A stretch of 64,000 nucleotides of DNA from Octopus sinensis. Taxonomy: Eukaryota. This document shows positions 62,345 through 64,000 of the stretch, in pieces. The position numbers were made by a program, and so were the translations under genes. The stretch is taken from positions 37,262,001-37,326,000 of the forward strand of contig NC_043004.1 of NCBI RefSeq assembly GCF_006345805.1. The letters run 5' to 3'. The notes under the pieces are model-generated. The model ran no database searches and was not told the DNA's origin. It saw only the letters and a program-made list of their open reading frames with translations. Positions within the stretch are counted from its first letter, which is position 1; every line of letters starts with the position of its first letter.

Positions 62345-64000
62345 TCAATATTAAATTAATTAATTTGTGAAAACAATGTAAAATTCAGAAAAGGAAGAGA
62401 GATGAAGAGAAAATATAGATTCTCTCCAAAAGAAGAACTGCTTTCAGCAAAAGAAACACTGCAACCAAAATTCCAAGCAAAAGCTGGAAGAATATAAAGA
62501 TTTGAGAAGAGAAACAGGTTTTGCAAGCAAACTAAGCTGCTCGCATCCAATGTGAAAACATTCTACAGAAAAATAGGGAGGGAGAAAATAACAGTTGAAG
62601 ATTTCCCTCCCATGGAAGAAGTTGAAAACTTTTGAAAAGATATCTGGTGTGAGGAAAAGACATACAATGAAAACGCAGACTGGATTATATGCACAGAAGG
62701 ATCCTACCAAAATTTACTAGAACAAGCATGGGAAGACATCGCAATAGAAGACGTAAGGATGACACTCAAGAAGGCCCATAAATGGAAAACCCCTGGTAAT
62801 AATAGGGTGCCAAATTTCTGCCTCACATCGCCCCCTTGTGCACACGGAAAGTTAGTTCAGTTATTCAATGAAATTATTTGAGATCTTAAGAAAACACCTG
62901 ACTGGTTAGCACTCCTGAGGAATAATGAAACCAAATTTCCCAAAAACTATCGGCCCATAATATCTCTGTCTACCACGTATAAAATTTTAGCATCCATCTT
63001 CGTGGAGAAAACATACAAATTTATGGAACAGAACGATATTTTCCCCACTGAACAAAAAGGGTGCCGACGAGACTCATATGAATGCAAAGACCAACTCTTA
63101 ATTAATTGCGTGATCCTTGAGAACTGTCATAACAAATGCAGAAATCTCAGTCACGCATGAGTTGATTATAAAAAGGCCTTTGACAGCATACCACATTCAT
63201 GAATCTTGAAATTGTTGGATATTTTCAAAATTTCTCTTGTGATTTCAAACTTCCTGAAGCACGATATGTCAGTGTGAAATACGAATCTCCAATTATACCA
63301 CTCTAATGAAGTACTGACCACAAACAATATTAATATCAACTGCAGCATTTTCCAAGGTGACTTACAGTCACTTTTAATTTTTTGCATAGCCTTAATACTC
63401 CTTACAAGTGAACAGAACAGGATATGGGTATAAAACTGATGACAAAAATAAGCCATTTAGTTTATATGGATGACTTAAAACTCTACGTCAAAGACGTTAA
63501 TGAGCTTGAAGGTTTATTGCGAACTGTGAAAGCATTCAGTGATGACATCAGGATGGAATTTGGTCTCGATAAATGTGCCAAGGCCACTTTCTAGAAAGGG
63601 AAATTAAAGACCTCACATTCAGTGGTATTAGATGTTGACACAGTTATAAAACAACTTGACCAGGAACAAACTTTCAAACACCTCAGAATAAATGAGGGCT
63701 CTGGTATTCAGCATGCAAGCATGAAAGCATGAAAGAGAAGATCAGGAAGAAATGTTACAGGTTAATCCGAGTTAAATGCACGTAACAAGGTGTTAGCTAT
63801 AAATTCCTTAGTAGTCCCAATTGTTATTTACACTTTCAACATGTTGAACTAGAATATGAGCAAAATAAGGAAGATTGACAGGAAAATCCATTAGCTGCAG
63901 ACTCGCTATAAGATGCACCACCCAAAAGCAAACGCAGATCGTTTTTACCTTCCCAGAGCCCAAGGAGGTCGAGGCTTGATCCAATTTGAAATCTCTTACA
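62345..64000 (+). mobile_element. R4/Dong-type LINE RT region, decayed, runs off the window end
   Basis: F*KDIW, WKTPG, KNYRPIISL, PTEQKGC, DYKKAFDSIPH, IFQGD, YMDDLKLY, MEFGLDKCA, HPKA..RFYLPRAQGGRGL. Confidence 0.9.

Overview
AT-rich eukaryotic DNA packed with microsatellites and transposable elements. The SINE/LINE landscape looks like an octopus (coleoid cephalopod) genome; this is inferred from repeat content, not from a database hit. No host protein-coding gene can be firmly supported, only a few weak candidate exons. Recognisable elements: (1) a Tx1/L1-clade LINE on the minus strand (46971-52007) whose ORF1 and ORF2 each carry a single homopolymer frameshift, plus a second 3' end copy at 31.6 kb, with all junctions at GATA repeats; (2) decayed R4/Dong-type RLE LINEs, RTE LINE fragments, a CR1-like APE fragment, a Ty3/Gypsy pol fragment and a Penelope-like element (RT + GIY-YIG); (3) three tRNA-derived SINE families; (4) piggyBac, Tigger/pogo, mariner, Helentron/Helitron-like and fold-back non-autonomous DNA elements. 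The most striking unexplained structure is a set of short (TA)n-flanked elements carrying hammerhead-ribozyme folds. One of them (24781-25316) is about 1.5 tandem copies of a 361-nt unit and starts 4 nt past the predicted self-cleavage site, as expected for a retrozyme-like circular-RNA retroelement. Most ORFs in the supplied track are microsatellite artefacts or antisense frames of TEs.
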